This document shows, one piece after another, positions 1 through 19,650 of a DNA stretch of 64,000 nt. The stretch comes from the human T2T-CHM13v2.0 reference genome, Homo sapiens. The notes below the pieces were generated by a model. It had not been told where the DNA came from, made no database searches, and was given only the letters and a program-made list of their open reading frames with translations. The stretch lies in NCBI RefSeq assembly GCF_009914755.1, contig NC_060925.1. One strand, 5' to 3'. How positions within the stretch are numbered: the first letter of the stretch is position 1; every line of letters begins with the position of its first letter. The position numbers and the translations under genes are program-made.

Positions 1-603
1 GGAAAGTGGGCATATGCAAATGTAAAATCCACATGATATGTAAGCATATACTACATAGGCAATGTAATCATGAAGGCATTATGATTAATAGTATTAAATG
101 AGAAATGTTGATATCATAGCATTAGCAGAAGAAATTCTCTCTGGAGATAATTAATATTGAAGCTGGATGAATATTTATGGGATATTTGCCTTCCCAATTT
201 TTCGCAATGATTTTCAGGAAAGAAGTTTAGACAACTTTCCCTGGTAACTTTGTCTCAATGTCTAAATGGCCTAATGGTGAGCGAAACATTCCTTTCATTT
301 AAGCCACTGCTACCTTTGCTCTTAATTCAATGGGGTGGGGCAGAAAGGGCATGGATTTAGATAAGAGGCAGTCCTGGCTTGGCCACCTACTAGCTTTGTG
401 CAAGGCAAATTACCCTTTCAATCCCAGGCCCCTTTTCTATTAAATGAGGATAATAATAATGCCTAGAGCTAGTTTAGATGAAAAATGCTTCATCAGGTGA
501 CAAAATGCTTATGATTATCACAGATTCTGCAGTGTTGTATTTATAAAAGACAAGGTGTGACCATTCTAAGATTTTAATCAATTGATTAACTTAATCCAAT
601 TAA

Positions 604-975
<372 letters not shown>

Positions 976-1021
976 TAATCGTTTTTTAAAAATTATATTT
1001 ATATATACATATACATGTAGA

Positions 1022-1029
1022 TATACACA

Positions 1030-1061
<32 letters not shown>
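1022..1061. repeat. (CA)n microsatellite
   Basis: CA run seen directly. Confidence 0.95.
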
Positions 1062-1069
<8 letters not shown>

Positions 1070-1077
1070 TTTTTAAC

Positions 1078-1370
<293 letters not shown>

Positions 1371-1374
1371 TATA

Positions 1375-1590
1375 TTTTAACTTTTATTCTAGGTTCAGGG
1401 GCTCAGGTGCAGATTTGCTATATAGGTAAATTGCGAGCCACGGAGGTTTGGTATACAGATTATTTCGTCACTCAGGTAATAAACATCGTACTAAATAGGT
1501 ACTTTTTTTATCTTCACACCTCTCCCATCTTCCACCCTCAAGTAGGCCCCGTGTTTGTTGCTCCCTTCTTTGTGTCCATGTGCACTCAAT
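1375..1590 (-). mobile_element. L1 3' end fragment (L1PA/PB type)
   Basis: ggttcaggggctcaggtgcagatttgctatataggtaaattg... matches an antisense L1 3' UTR. Confidence 0.8.
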
Positions 1591-1930
1591 GTACATAAAC
1601 ATAATCTGGAGTGAAAGAAGCCAGACATAGCAAAGTAGGTTCGGTCTGATTTTATGAAGAGAGCTTCTAAGAGTCTGGTCATGTTCTATTTCTTGATCAA
1701 TGTGTTGTTCATGATTGTGTTCAGTTTGTAATCATTCATCAGATTGTGAACATAAGATGTGTGCTATTTTCTATGTATGTATGTTATACTTCAATAAAAA
1801 GTTAACATTTTTGTGTTTGAGATGATGGATATGCTGATACTGTGATCTGATCATTATATATTATAAATATCAAAACATCACTATATACCTCATGACTATG
1901 TACAATTATTATTTATTAATTTAAAAATGT
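1590..1930 (+). mobile_element. Old L1M 3' fragments
   Basis: gagtgaaagaagccagac, tatacttcaataaa and gatgatggatatgct L1M motifs. Confidence 0.65.
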
Positions 1931-1986
1931 GAACTTCTTTTGATTTAGAAACATTAGACACAACAGATTTTTAAAAAACAGCAACA

Positions 1987-2404
<418 letters not shown>

Positions 2405-2762
2405 CTATATGTATAAACATACATTTTACAAAATGGGATCATACCGTGCATCTTTGAGTAACCCCATTTTCTCACTATTTCACTCTTACAAATACTGACA
2501 AACAAGACTTTTTCAAACATCTTGGCTCAGTAGATCATTTATTTATTTATTTTTAGGATTCCTAAAACTGGACATGGTGGCTGTAGGAGGATGCGCCTCT
2601 TTCAGTCATTGGATTTCCCCTGGAAAGACAGAATGAATTCACATTCTCACCTGCAGTGGGTGAGAAGTCCCTTTTCCCCCACTTCCTTGCCAAAAATGGA
2701 TATTATCATTCCTTTTCATCTTTGCCAGTCTGGAAGTTATGTGCAACTGAACACAAGAATTA

Positions 2763-3089
<327 letters not shown>

Positions 3090-3328
3090 AGGCAGCTGGG
3101 ATTTAAGAACCAATTCAGGGATAGAACAAAATTTGGGCTCCATCCCAACTCTGAAGCTCAGTTTCTTCAGCTGTAAAATGGGGTAAATAATAATCTTTCC
3201 AAAGGGAAAAGTTAAATAGCTTAATCCTAGTCCTAACCACCCCCAATGGCTCTCCCTTCTTCCCAAATTCCTTTTCAATCTTGTCTCCTCCCAGCAGCCT
3301 GAGTATTCCAATATGAATGTAAATCACA

Positions 3329-3744
3329 TGACATGGTTTGTATCTGTGTCCCCATCCAAATCTCATGTCAAATTGTAACCTCAGCGTTGGAGGTAGGGCC
3401 TGATGGGAGGTGACTGGATCGTGGAGGCAGAGTTCTTATGAATGGTTTAACACAGTCTCCCCTCGGTGCTGTGTAGGGGTTAAGTTCTCTTGAAATCTGG
3501 TTGTTTAACCGTGTCCAGCACCTCCCTGTCTCTCTCCTCCTTCTGCTCTGGCCATGTGAGATTCATTACTCCCCTTTGCCTTCCACCATGATTGTAAGTT
3601 TCCTGAAGCTTCCCCAGAAGCTGATGCTGCCGTGCTTCCTGTACAGCCTGCAGAACTGTGAGCCGATTAAACCTCTTTTCTTTATAAATTACCCAGTCTC
3701 AGGTATTTCCTTATAGCAGCGCAAGAACTGCACTGATTAATACA
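3329..3744 (+). mobile_element. MST (MaLR) solo LTR
   Basis: TGACATGGTTTG...TAATACA termini; 5-bp TSD TCACA at 3324-3328 and 3745-3749. Confidence 0.9.
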
Positions 3745-3961
3745 TCACACCACATCATCTCTGTCTTAAAGCTCTTGCTCAGCCAGCTGTAGTACTTAGA
3801 ACAAAATCTAAACTTATCCTGGCTGACTTGGGTCCACCTGCTCTGCCTTTGCCTGCCCCACTGTAGATACTGTCAGGCTTTGCTTTCATTTGCCCACCTT
3901 TAAAAAATTATTATTGTTATTTACTTTTCAAATTTATTATTTTTTTTATTTTAAAATGTTT

Positions 3962-4530
<569 letters not shown>

Positions 4531-4589
4531 CCACATTTTTGAGGCTGCACTGGCCTCTGGGTTTCTTGAATGGGCAGTCCCTCGGGCCT

Positions 4590-4897
4590 GTGTCCTGGGA
4601 TGCTCCTCCTCCCTCTCTTTCCTGTCCTTGCCAACTTCAGCTTAAAACCACATCCTCAGGGAGACCTTCCCTGTCCTCCTGCTATTTTCTCTCCCACCAT
4701 CCTGTTTAGTCCCTTCACAGGGACTTATTACTATGTGTAATGATACATTTCTTTGCTTACTTTTGTGTTTTGTCTCCCCACCACCTGGTAAGCTCAATGA
4801 GAGCAGACATAAGGCCTTCTGAGTTTGTTGCTATATCCCCCAGCACCTAGGTCTGCGCCTCATTGTACATGCTCAACAAATATTTGTTGAATGTGTG
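4590..4897 (+). mobile_element. L2 3' end
   Basis: Ends in ...atgctcaacaaatatttgttgaatg, a typical L2 terminus. Confidence 0.7.
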
Positions 4898-4907
4898 AAA
4901 ATAAGTA

Positions 4908-5690
<783 letters not shown>

Positions 5691-6223
5691 AATGAATCAA
5701 TAACTATTTCACTTTTCCACCAGTTTGGTGGTGGGTAAACCATAGCATGGTAACAGGGTGAGATAGCCACCAATTCTCTGTAACCCATCCTTCTGGGCTG
5801 CTCTCTTCCTGGTCTGAAATCTTCCCAGGCCATTTCTGATCTCTCTCATCCCCCATCCCCAAGTTGTTGATGGTATCACCTTCTGCAGCTCTGAAATGAA
5901 ATATATGCTGTCTGGTACTGTTCTTTTAGTGTTGGAAGTGCCTCCTGCCACCTTAGGGAACTATATATGAGTTTACACTAATCTAGTTTCTTCAAATGGC
6001 ACACTGTCTCAAGGGGGTGGGAGGGCTCAATAAATATTCATCAATTCAGCATTCATTTATTAAGTACCTACGAAGTACCAGTTATTATATTAAACACCTA
6101 GGATACAAATACAAATAAGGCACAGCATTTCCTAACTTCAGGGAGCTCACAGTCTAGGGAAGGGGGCACATAATTGTAATATTATGTAGCAATTGCAGTG
6201 GCTTGCTATGTAAAAGACAAAGG

Positions 6224-7560
<1,337 letters not shown>

Positions 7561-7680
7561 AGCTTTGATTTTGAATTACTTATTGTTACAATATAATGGC
7601 AAGATGTATGGTTTGGGGATTAGCATCTCCCTTCACTGAGCTCACTTGTATTCAGCGGTTCGTATATTTCACCATGGTAG

Positions 7681-8018
7681 GTGCTAGGAGTGCCCCATCC
7701 AGGTCCCTTTTGCTGGCTGATGACAACTCACAGCCCCTCCTTCTCCTGGGAGTCAAGGCTCCCAAAAGGCAGTCTGGCCCAGACATACAAAAGCTCAGCC
7801 CCCTGCATCAAGGAGGCATTGCCTGTGTGGTGCACTTTGGGTTTCCCAAGCTCCCTGGAGGGATCAGCCTGAAGCTGGTCTCCAGATGAGACCACATCCT
7901 TCCTTGACTTTCCCCACCCTGTGCTCTCTTGCCTCCTCACTCGCCTCCTCCTGAGAACACTGCCCTGATGAATCACTTGCTCAAGAGTCCTCCTGTTCTT
8001 GGGAACCCCACCGAAGAC
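7681..8018 (+). mobile_element. ERVL LTR (LTR16-like)
   Basis: ctccctggagggatcagcctgaagct ... gggaaccccaccgaagaca terminus. Confidence 0.7.
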
Positions 8019-9059
8019 ACAGGAGAAATTGGGCAATTGGGAGTTGGTTGGCCACAGTTTTAGGAATCCACAGTAAAGAGGGGGCTGAAGGTGAATTTTA
8101 TTCCTCTGGACAGAGCTGATAGTGAAATGAATGATAGTGGGGTTGCCTTTATCCACAGTAGAAGGTCATTTGTGTTATTTTTATTGGTTTTTAGTTTATT
8201 AGTTTTATTAAGCCACAATTCTAAATCTCTGAGTCAAAAGCATTTGTCAAAATTCCTGCTTACGGACTATTAAAGTTCCTGAGTTTGGAAGGAGTTCTTT
8301 TTTCCTAAATTCCACGTTGCCCTTCCCTTCTTTACTCTTCATGTTTGAAATGATGTCACTGAAAGCAGGTGCTCTTTGGTGGTTGAGATGGACCCGCCTG
8401 TCACCCCTAGACTGGATCCATTTTCTCCCTTGAAACCTTGTAGTATCTTTTTGCTTCTCTAAAGTAGCAGTTCTGGGCACTGTCCATGGAATTGCCCATT
8501 TCTTGCCTGTTTAGTCAAAGAAGACTCAAGAACTGAGCATAATTCAGAGTTAACACAGCCTTCTTCTTTGTTATCTCATCGAAAAGTGCTTACAAAATAT
8601 TTATTGAATGATAAAAATGAAATATTAAATGAATGAGTGATCAATATTGCCCAACCAGGCAAGTTCCATATAAATGCAAATTGGCTGTCACTGTGCAATG
8701 TCCTTTCGCTGTATGTCTCTTTAATCTGTTTGCCCTATCGCCTCCAATTGGTGGCAAAGACTACATCTTCTATTTCCCTTTTATCCCTGCAATAGACTAT
8801 AGAAATCGTGTTTGATGGAATAACTAATTAGTCAGTCAACATTTATTGATCGCCAACTATTTTAAGGGTATTTTAAAGATGGGGATTTAAAAATAAATAA
8901 AACACAGTGGTCTTTAAGGAGCTCATGATGGCCTGAGTATACAATTTGTTCTTAAATAGAGTGACTTGCTAAATGCATAAATGCATTTGATTTAATATTT
9001 ATTCCTTTGTAAACTTCTCATAGAAATAAATTCACAAATAATTAAAACATCCTTTTGCA

Positions 9060-9130
9060 GATCACGTGACTGAATTTTGTCAGCAAATATGGCCGGCACG
9101 CCAATCAGGCTCTGGCTGTAAATGCAATCA
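9060..9130 (+). promoter_or_regulatory. Candidate promoter/enhancer motif cluster (E-box + CCAAT)
   Basis: TCACGTGAC 9062-9070, CCAATCA 9101-9107, GTCAGCA half-site; unique sequence. Confidence 0.35.
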
Positions 9131-10008
9131 ATCCATTACTGCTTAGCTAAAAAGGCAAAGTTGCTGGTTCAAGTCCTACTGTGTGTACCTGCAGGGGAAC
9201 TAAGGTCTCCACTGTGGGGTGTGTGTGAGTCTGAATCTAAATTGCAGGCTGGGAAGCTGACTTTAAACAGCATGCTTCTTTAAAGTTCTGAGAGTAGGTT
9301 CCTTGCTCCAGGCCTTGAAATGAAATCAAAGCTGGCTTTGGCCTTGGTTTTAGCTTTGGTCTAGTAATAGCCTGATAGGTACATCTACAGTAGCTTTTTT
9401 TTTTTTTTTAATAACTCTTTCTCTTTAAAGACAGGAACACTTGGGATTTCTCGGTGTCTGTGAGGTGAGTCATGCATTTTATAGGCGCAGAAATTGAAAG
9501 AGGAGTGACTTGCGTATGGTCAGAGAGCAAGTCCAAGACTACGGTGAGTCCAGCACCACAGGGCCACCCAGAACTACTTGGCCTGCTGCCCATCCTCTTG
9601 TCTCTCCACTGCACTAGGCATAAATGTCAGTAAAGAAAGCAAGTGTGGCCCATTGAGAGAAAATGTGGCACAAGCCAAGAGTTCACAGCACTTGAAGTGG
9701 TAAAGGCAGATCCAGGTTGAGGCTCTGTTCTGCCCAGTTTATGATGAAATACTGATAGTGGATTTCTTCCTTTTCACCTGTTCCTGCCCCACTTGCCTGT
9801 CAAAGTCAGCCAGCACACTTTCCTCAGCAAATGGGTGGTAGGTTCTGGGCAAAACAATGTTATAATAAAAACAGAAAAGGTAAACCATGCCATTGGCTCT
9901 GACTGCCTTAAAGGGTTTTTGTCTCTAAGCTAGAAGACATGCTTTCTTGTACTTTCCCTGTCGGGATGGAGGCATTTCACTTGTCATCCATAGAAATTCT
10001 CCTACTTT

Positions 10009-10638
10009 GGGGAGTGTAAATTAGTTCAACCACTGTGGAAGACAGTGTGGCAATTCCTTAAGGATCTAGAACCAGAAATACCATTTGACCCAGCAATCCT
10101 ATTGCTGTGTATATACCCAAAGGATTATAAATCATTCTGCTATAAAGATACATGCACACATATGTTTATTGCAGGACTATTTATGATAGCAAAGACTTAG
10201 AACCAACCCAAATGCCTATCAATGATAGACTGGATAAAGAAAATGTGACACATATACACCATGGAATACTATGCAGCCATAAAAAAGAATGAGTTCATGT
10301 CCTTTGCAGGGACATGGATGAAGCTGGAAACCATCATTCTCAACAAACTAACACAGGAACAGAAAACCAAACACCACACGTTCTCACTCATAAGTGGGAG
10401 TTGAACAATAAGAACACAGGGACACAGGGAGGGGAATGTCACACACTGGGGCCTGTCAGGGTGTGGGGAGGTAAGGAAAGGGAGAGCATTATGACAAATA
10501 CCTAATGCATGCGGGGCTTAAAACCTAGGTGATGGGTTGATAAGTGCAGTAAACCACCATGGTAAATGTATACCTATGTAACAAACCTGCACATTCTGCA
10601 CATGTATCCTGGAACTTAAAGTAAAATAAAAAGAAAAG
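10009..10638 (+). mobile_element. 5'-truncated L1PA (ORF2 end + 3' UTR)
   Basis: L1PA 3' sequence; perfect 17-bp TSD AGAAATTCTCCTACTTT at 9992-10008 and 10639-10655. Confidence 0.95.
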
Positions 10639-10738
10639 AGAAATTCTCCTACTTTTTTTTGGCAATAATGGGTGTTAGCAAAAGGATTCACCATTCACCA
10701 TCTATTGAATACCTATTTGAGCCAGGTACCATTGGGCA

Positions 10739-11209
<471 letters not shown>

Positions 11210-11357
11210 TAACTGTAATGCGGTTTTATAAGGGCTCCAGTAAGAGGTGACCCCAGAAGGTGATGGGAACACATAGGAGGAGACCCTAACCTGATTTTGG
11301 GGTCCCAAGAAAGTCTTATAAGAAGTGATGTCCAAGCACTATTAGATGGGAGGGAAT

Positions 11358-11650
11358 TCTTTTTCGAGACAGGGTCTTGCTCTGCCATCCAAGCTGGAGG
11401 GCAGTGGTGCAATCATATCTCACTGCAGCCTCGACCTCCGGAGCTCAAGTGATCCTCCTGCCTCAGCCTCCCAAGTAACTGGGACCACAGGTGTGCACGT
11501 CACACCCAGCTACTTAAAAAATTTTTTTTTGCAGAGATAGAGTCTCACTATGTTGCCCAGGCTGGTCTCGAACTCTTGAGCTGAAGCGATCCTCTTGCCT
11601 CAACATCCCAAAGTATTGGGATTACAGGTGTGAGCCACTGCACTCAGCCC
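11358..11650 (-). mobile_element. AluJ
   Basis: J-type antisense Alu; TAGATGGG on both flanks. Confidence 0.92.
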
Positions 11651-11877
11651 TAGATGGGAATTGTTAGCTCCAGACTTATCTTTGAGCCTCATAGAGTTTG
11701 TGGAAAATAGAATAATGACCCGCAAAAATGTCCATATCCTAATCACCAGGAGCTGTGAATATACGTGGAAAAAAAAACAACAACAACAAAGAAAAACTTT
11801 GTCAATGTGATTAAGTTAAACATCTTGAGATGGGAGCTTATTTATACTGGGTTAGCTGGGTGGGTCCACTGTAATCA

Positions 11878-12362
<485 letters not shown>

Positions 12363-14422
12363 AGAAATTTTTTTAAGTAAATAAATAAAGAGGGAATCAA
12401 GAAGGTCAAAGTCAGTAGTGGGAGATGTGACAACAGAAGCAAGAGGTTAGAGTGATGCGAGGAAGGGGCCATGAGCCCAGGAATGCAGGTGACCTTCAGA
12501 AGCTGGAAAAGGCAGGAAAACAATTCATCCTTAGAGACACCTGAAGGAGCCTGCCCTGCTGACACCTTGCTGTAGCCTGCAAGACACATTTCGGGCCTTT
12601 TCCACAACTGTAAGAGAATAAATCTGTGATGTTTTAAGCCACTAGGTTTGCGGTAATTTCATACAACAGCAATAGAAAACTAATACAGAGTTTAAGATAT
12701 AACTTGCTCAGTGTCACAAATTAGACAATGATGAAGCCAGGATTAAAACCAAGAGTGAATAATTCCAAAGCCCAAGTGGTCTTTCCTCAGAGCTCATATT
12801 ACCTCTTAGGAAACTCTTTAGGTCTTCATTCAATATAATTTGAAGAACTTGTCTGTCAGCCTCCCTTCTCTCTTGCCTGAGGCACAAATATATGCTCACG
12901 GAGACGGTAAGTGGCATTAGCTGCAACAATGCTGGAACGCAAGAGGACGAACATCTGCAGATCAATGAATTTTTGTTTTCTGAATAGTATTGTGGAAAAG
13001 GAACCGGATTAAATGTTAAGAGACTTAGTTCTAGTCCTAGTACTGGTATTAACCAGCTCTGAGACTAGAGCAAAGCCCTTAATATTTCTAAGCCTCTTTT
13101 TTGCTCATCTGTGAAATGAGGGCTTAAGCTAGACAGTTTTTGATATTCTTTAGTTTCAACTTTCTATAATTCCTCAAGACTCCCAGTATGTCCTGCCTCT
13201 TCTCTCCAGGACACACACTTTGAGGCCATTTAAGTCTCTAATGGGAGTTCAGTTTTAGCAACTTAGATGCCAGTTCATCTATTATTTAGCCAAGGACGAG
13301 GAAAGAGACCTCTCCTTTTCCAGTGTCAGCAGAGATCATCTTAAAGTCCCTGAGTTTTAGAACCTCAAAAGATTACTTAGCAATTGGCAAAGTAGAAGAG
13401 AATGATCCGAGTTTGTAAATTCTGATAATTGCATTAAAGACTTATTTGAATGGTCCTAGATGAAAAATAGTTCCAGCTAGTTCTGGAAATGGCCATACTC
13501 CAGGTCGTCTGGTGCTTGAAAGAGGAGCTTGAAATAAGATCTGGACCATTGGCAAATGATCTTAGGGGCCACAGTATACTAGATTCAAGGCTGTTTCAGG
13601 TTGTGAGTTCAAGCCGAAAGCAATACTGAGGCTTTAGCTATGCGGGAGTGATCCCTGTGGGTTTCAAGCAGCGTTAATGATTATATTTGCCACATCACAG
13701 CTTGGCATATTTGAAGCATGGAAACCGCAGCACAAATTTCCCTCTATCTTTCTGTGCTCGTTCTAGGTATAATTCTACCGGTGCTGCTGATGTTACCCAG
13801 ATTGGTTCCTTGACATTTCTCTGCTTTCTGCACTGTAGATGCCCTAGAACATTAAGGAGGCAAACATACTGATTATTAGCTGGATCGATCGACAAACAAT
13901 AAATAATAAACACACCCATGGCCTTAAAGGACTTTCCCTTCTTGACATCTCTCTACAGCAGGTGACACTCATCACTTTCTCCTAAAACCTGTTTCCATCC
14001 TATTCCAGGATGCTTTACCCACTTCCTCTTCTGGGCTGCCCCTGCTTACTTTCTACCTCGGGCTCCTCTTCTTCCCTTTGCCTGCTCACTCTTAGTCTTC
14101 CATTTCTATACATGGTTCTCAACTTTCCTCTGCACGTTTTCTCCCTTGACAGCCTCGTCCCATCTCAGTGCTTTAACTTCCTAATGCGGACCACACTGAA
14201 GTCTATAGGGAGCTCCAAGCTGTCTCTCGAGCCTCAGTCCCACATACTGAAGACACTGGGTCACAGAGCCTGGGCTGAATCCCATCTCTGCCACTCAGAA
14301 CAGCTGTGTGAATGTGGTCACGTGACTTCAGCCTCCATTTCCTTATCCATAGAATGGGGAGAATCATAGAATCCACCTCTTGGTGTTGTAGTAAGCATTT
14401 AGATGTTAATTTTGTGAAATGA

Positions 14423-14752
<330 letters not shown>

Positions 14753-15897
14753 CATAAATGATATCTCTAATTTTATTTGAATAATTGATCTTTAGAACTT
14801 GAAAACTCTGCTAGCACATCAATACATTCCTCTTCTCTCCAAATAAGCAAAACCAAGCACCTCCACACAATCCATCCAGTGATCTCTACTTCTGTTAGTG
14901 GTGTCACCTACCTTCCCGTTTTCTAGACCTAAGAGTTTGAAATCAACATTGAGCCTCTTTCTTTTGCCCCCACATGTAGTCAATTGCCAAGTCCTGCCTC
15001 TCAGTTCAAATCCGGTCCCTCCTCTCCATACTTTCCTCAGTAGCCTAATTTACATTGCTCACGGTCACAGTTCCCTAACCAGACTCCCTTCCTCTCGCAA
15101 TCTATTCTGCACCTCACAGAAACATTCATATTGGCTGTAATTGCACACTCCCTGGTCCTAAACAAACTTCCACTGACTCACCCTTCTTGTTGAATAAAAT
15201 CCAACCCCTCAATGTGGCATTCAAGTTCTAGCGCAGTATGATGGAGGCTTGGCTCAGAGTGTGTGTTGAAGGGCTGGGCGGGTGGGGACTGCCCTCTGGA
15301 TGGCATGAGTAGGCATCAGCTTGGAGTGGGAGAAACTATGAGTCACTTGGTTGTTTTCAGTAAGTGGCAGGGAGTTTAAAAAGAGAACGGATAGCTACAT
15401 TCCAAATCGCAAAAAATGTAAAAAATCATATGGGCATGAATAACATTCAGCCACAAATATTTATGAAGCTTCTGCTGTGTGCCAGACAAAATGGCTGGGT
15501 ATTAGGACTATGACAGTGAAGATAACACAGCCCTTGCTCTCAAGGATTTACAGTTGATGAGAAAGGCAGACAAATCCAGGAGGCATTATAATCCACCATG
15601 ACAGCTGCTGAGCTCTTCTGTGGGAATTTGCAGCAGTGGCACCCACATATGTGGGCATTTGGAGAAAGTGGGGAAAGCTTCCAGGAGGAAATGATGTCTT
15701 AACTGGGACAGAAGCAAGAAGAGTCAGCCAGGTAAGGGTGGACAGGTCAGGGTCGGGAGGGGGTGTTTCAAGGCCAAGCGGATGGCCTGGGACCACCAAG
15801 AGACAGAGAGAGCTTGGTGGGATGGTGCCATTTGGCTGAGACTTACCTGGGGACAGAGGTGAGTGATGTTGAAAGATATACTTCAAAACATCATGCT

Positions 15898-16359
<462 letters not shown>

Positions 16360-18791
16360 TCAGATTTTCTTTATTCTCAGAAGCTGGGGAAAAGGTTGGC
16401 GTTTTAGTTGGGAAGAGGCTAAATACCCCAATAATTAGAACTCAAAAGAATTTAAGTTAGTGACAAGATAATTGTTCTTGGCTCTGTATCTCTGACCTTT
16501 GTGAGGTATAAGTAACAAGAGAAGTCATCAATTAATTTATGTTGTTGTCTAAATAAATGTTTCTCAGGATCGTAATTATAGGATGTCAAAGTCAGAAACG
16601 GCCTCAGTTAGTGTCTGCTTTAAAATAAAAGCATTGGTGTATTGAATGGTGGGTCCTTGCTTTTTTTTTTTCTGGTTTGCTGCGTTAATTTAGCACCATC
16701 CACATTCTGTGGCCCCTGAGTAATTGTAAAACCCAGGGTGGAGGCTCTGCCTGGGAGGGCACTGAGAGGGCCCTGGCCCAGCCCAACACTCCCATGCTCA
16801 GGGCGATGAGGTCATGCTGGCTCCCACAATACAGGCACAGCAGGTTCAGTAAGAAAGAGACAGGAATGGGCCGGAGAGGTCAGGCATCCTAGGAGGAGGG
16901 AAACTAGAGCCTCGGTATATTAATAGATACCACCCCCTTTAGCCTAATTTTCAAAGACAGTGATACAATGACTCCTCCAGATCCAGACTCGAAAAGGCTG
17001 GCTTAATAGAATTTAGTCCTGTGCAGCAAATGTCATCAGGAAAAAATCCATCTTGATGGCTTAGTCATTACAGTGGCTTCTGCGGCAGAATGGAACAGCC
17101 CTGGCAATGGGTATTAGTCACACACAAGAGATGACTAAGATTTGATTATCTCCTACAATGGAGGTTGAAAAAATGGCTCCCCCAACTCCAAGTGTGTTTT
17201 AAGGTCCCTGGAAATTTCAGCATCATCACCACTACCCTAAAACTGGTATCACCAATCTGGGGAACAACTCCAGACTTTGAGTTAACACTATAGAATGGGC
17301 TTGCTTTTCAGAAAATACCTGCCTTTTTATTTCATCTGCCTGTGAGAGTTCATTGGCAAGCAATATTGTACAGTGCAGTCTCTTGGGAGAGATCGTCCTG
17401 AATTTATACTCTGCAACCATTACTCAGCTATGTGTCTTTGAGCAAGTTACTTAACCTCTCTGTGCATCTGGGTCAGCATTTCTAAAATGGGAATAATAAT
17501 ATCTACCTTACAGATGAATATTAAAAGAGGTAACTAGTACGAGGTGCTTAACAGTAAATGCATTTCAGAAAACAATTTTTTTTTCATTTATGAATTTCTG
17601 TTGTTATAGCGGGATAAAGTCACACCAGGGGAAAGAGGTTGACAGGGACAGACAACACTATAAATGTTAGCTATTATTATAATTCCAACCACGATTTCAA
17701 ATAATCTTGTTCACCTGTCACAAAACTGATGATGACAGTTACAACACTGTCTGGGTGATTGGCGTCAATCTAGCATTTTACAGCTTCTGGGGGCATTTGT
17801 GTCTCCTGTGATTTACCTGCTCTTATCATTTGTCCAATTTTCGATTGGGGCAAGATACCTTTTCTAATCAATCTCAATTGAAACCTATCTTCACACATTC
17901 ATATGACAGCAACGTCAAGGGTCTTAGACCTTGAGGTGGCCCTGGCTTGCAGATAGACACCATGTAGAATTTATAACCCCTTTGCAGTTAGCTCATTAGG
18001 GTCCTGCAGACTTTCTCTCTACAGTGTCTGTGTTTTCATAAGGACATGTAACACTTCTTTATCTTTTTCTTAATGCTTTAGCCATTTCCTATTTTTCCTA
18101 CTTAGGCTCCCCAACTAAGGAGACATTGACCTTGAGATTTTGTATATAAACCACCATGGATCCCAGAGAGAAAACGGATAATCCAAGAAAAAAAAAAACT
18201 ACACCCCGATTACTTCCACATCTTCCATTATATAGTTGTAAGTTGCATTTGTTCAGTCAGCCATTTACTATCTATTCAGCACTTACAATGTGTCAGAAAA
18301 GGCACTGGCATTTGTCCAAAGATGGAAAGACGTGGCCCTAGGCTCGAGAAGTGCACACCAATAGAGGACCTGAAGGAAGACAGACACTGCACTTGGCCAA
18401 GTGGCTGCAGGGACCAGGGGCACGCCAAGAAAAAGGAGCTGTGGGCGCTATATGCTGCATGCATTTTCTGTCTTAATGTTTGTTTGCCTTTTTTTTCCTA
18501 TTAAACTTCTGGAAGCCAGAGCCATCCATGGTGCCTTCCTGGTTTCGCAGAGCTCCAGGGCCTTGTCCACCCTGTGGCCTGCAAGCAGTTCTTCCCTTGC
18601 ATTCCGTATACCATGAGCTGTGTAGGGCCTGGGGAAATCAGGACACAGTTGTTTCGGCACAGCTCAAGTCTCTGTCGACTTCTTTTCCCTCGTGTGGTGG
18701 GTTCAAATTCAGACATCATCCTAATAGAGCAACAGAAACCTATAAATGAAAAAAAAGTTTTTCCAAAACACATTTTCAGAAAGGGTGCTAA

Positions 18792-19143
<352 letters not shown>

Positions 19144-19548
19144 TAGATATTATTATCCTTCTTCTAGAGATGAAAAACAGAGGCACAGAGAGGCTAAGTA
19201 ACTTGCTCTAAGTCACACAGGTGATAAGTGAAGTTTCCAGATTATGAATCCAGGCAGGCCTCTTACCAGAGCCTGGCAATATACAATATTGTTTATCCAT
19301 GAAATCTCACTGTTATATAGATGAAATTTTAAAAACAGAGATGGTGAATTCACTTATTAGACTGGCAAAGATTGGGGAGCCAAATTATGCGCAGGGTGAG
19401 AAGGGCCTGGGGAACGGTTTTCTCTGCCATCCGTGTAGATAAATAGATAAGGTGATGAACATCCATTCCTCCACTCCTAACAAAAGTCAGAATTTGTTCG
19501 GGTAGCCACCTATCTCCAGTTCCAGAGAGCAACTTGAGTATTTCAAAG

Positions 19549-19650
19549 CAGTGTTTTTCAAATTGTAGGTCATGATCCCCTGGTGAATCATGAAGTCTGT
19601 TTAATGGGTTACAGTACAGCTAGTGTTTTTCTTAAAAAATGAAATTGAGG
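19549..19650. mobile_element. hAT MITE fragment (MER103-like)
   Basis: cagtgtttttcaaattgtaggtcatga terminus. Confidence 0.5.

Noticed and set aside
15838-15852. Perfect minus-strand donor CAG|GTAAGT
   Set aside because: Lies in L2-like sequence beside an L1/Alu insertion, with no matching acceptor.
17810-17990. Minus-strand coding exon ending at CAG|GTAAAT
   Set aside because: Stops in all three frames and no convincing acceptor.
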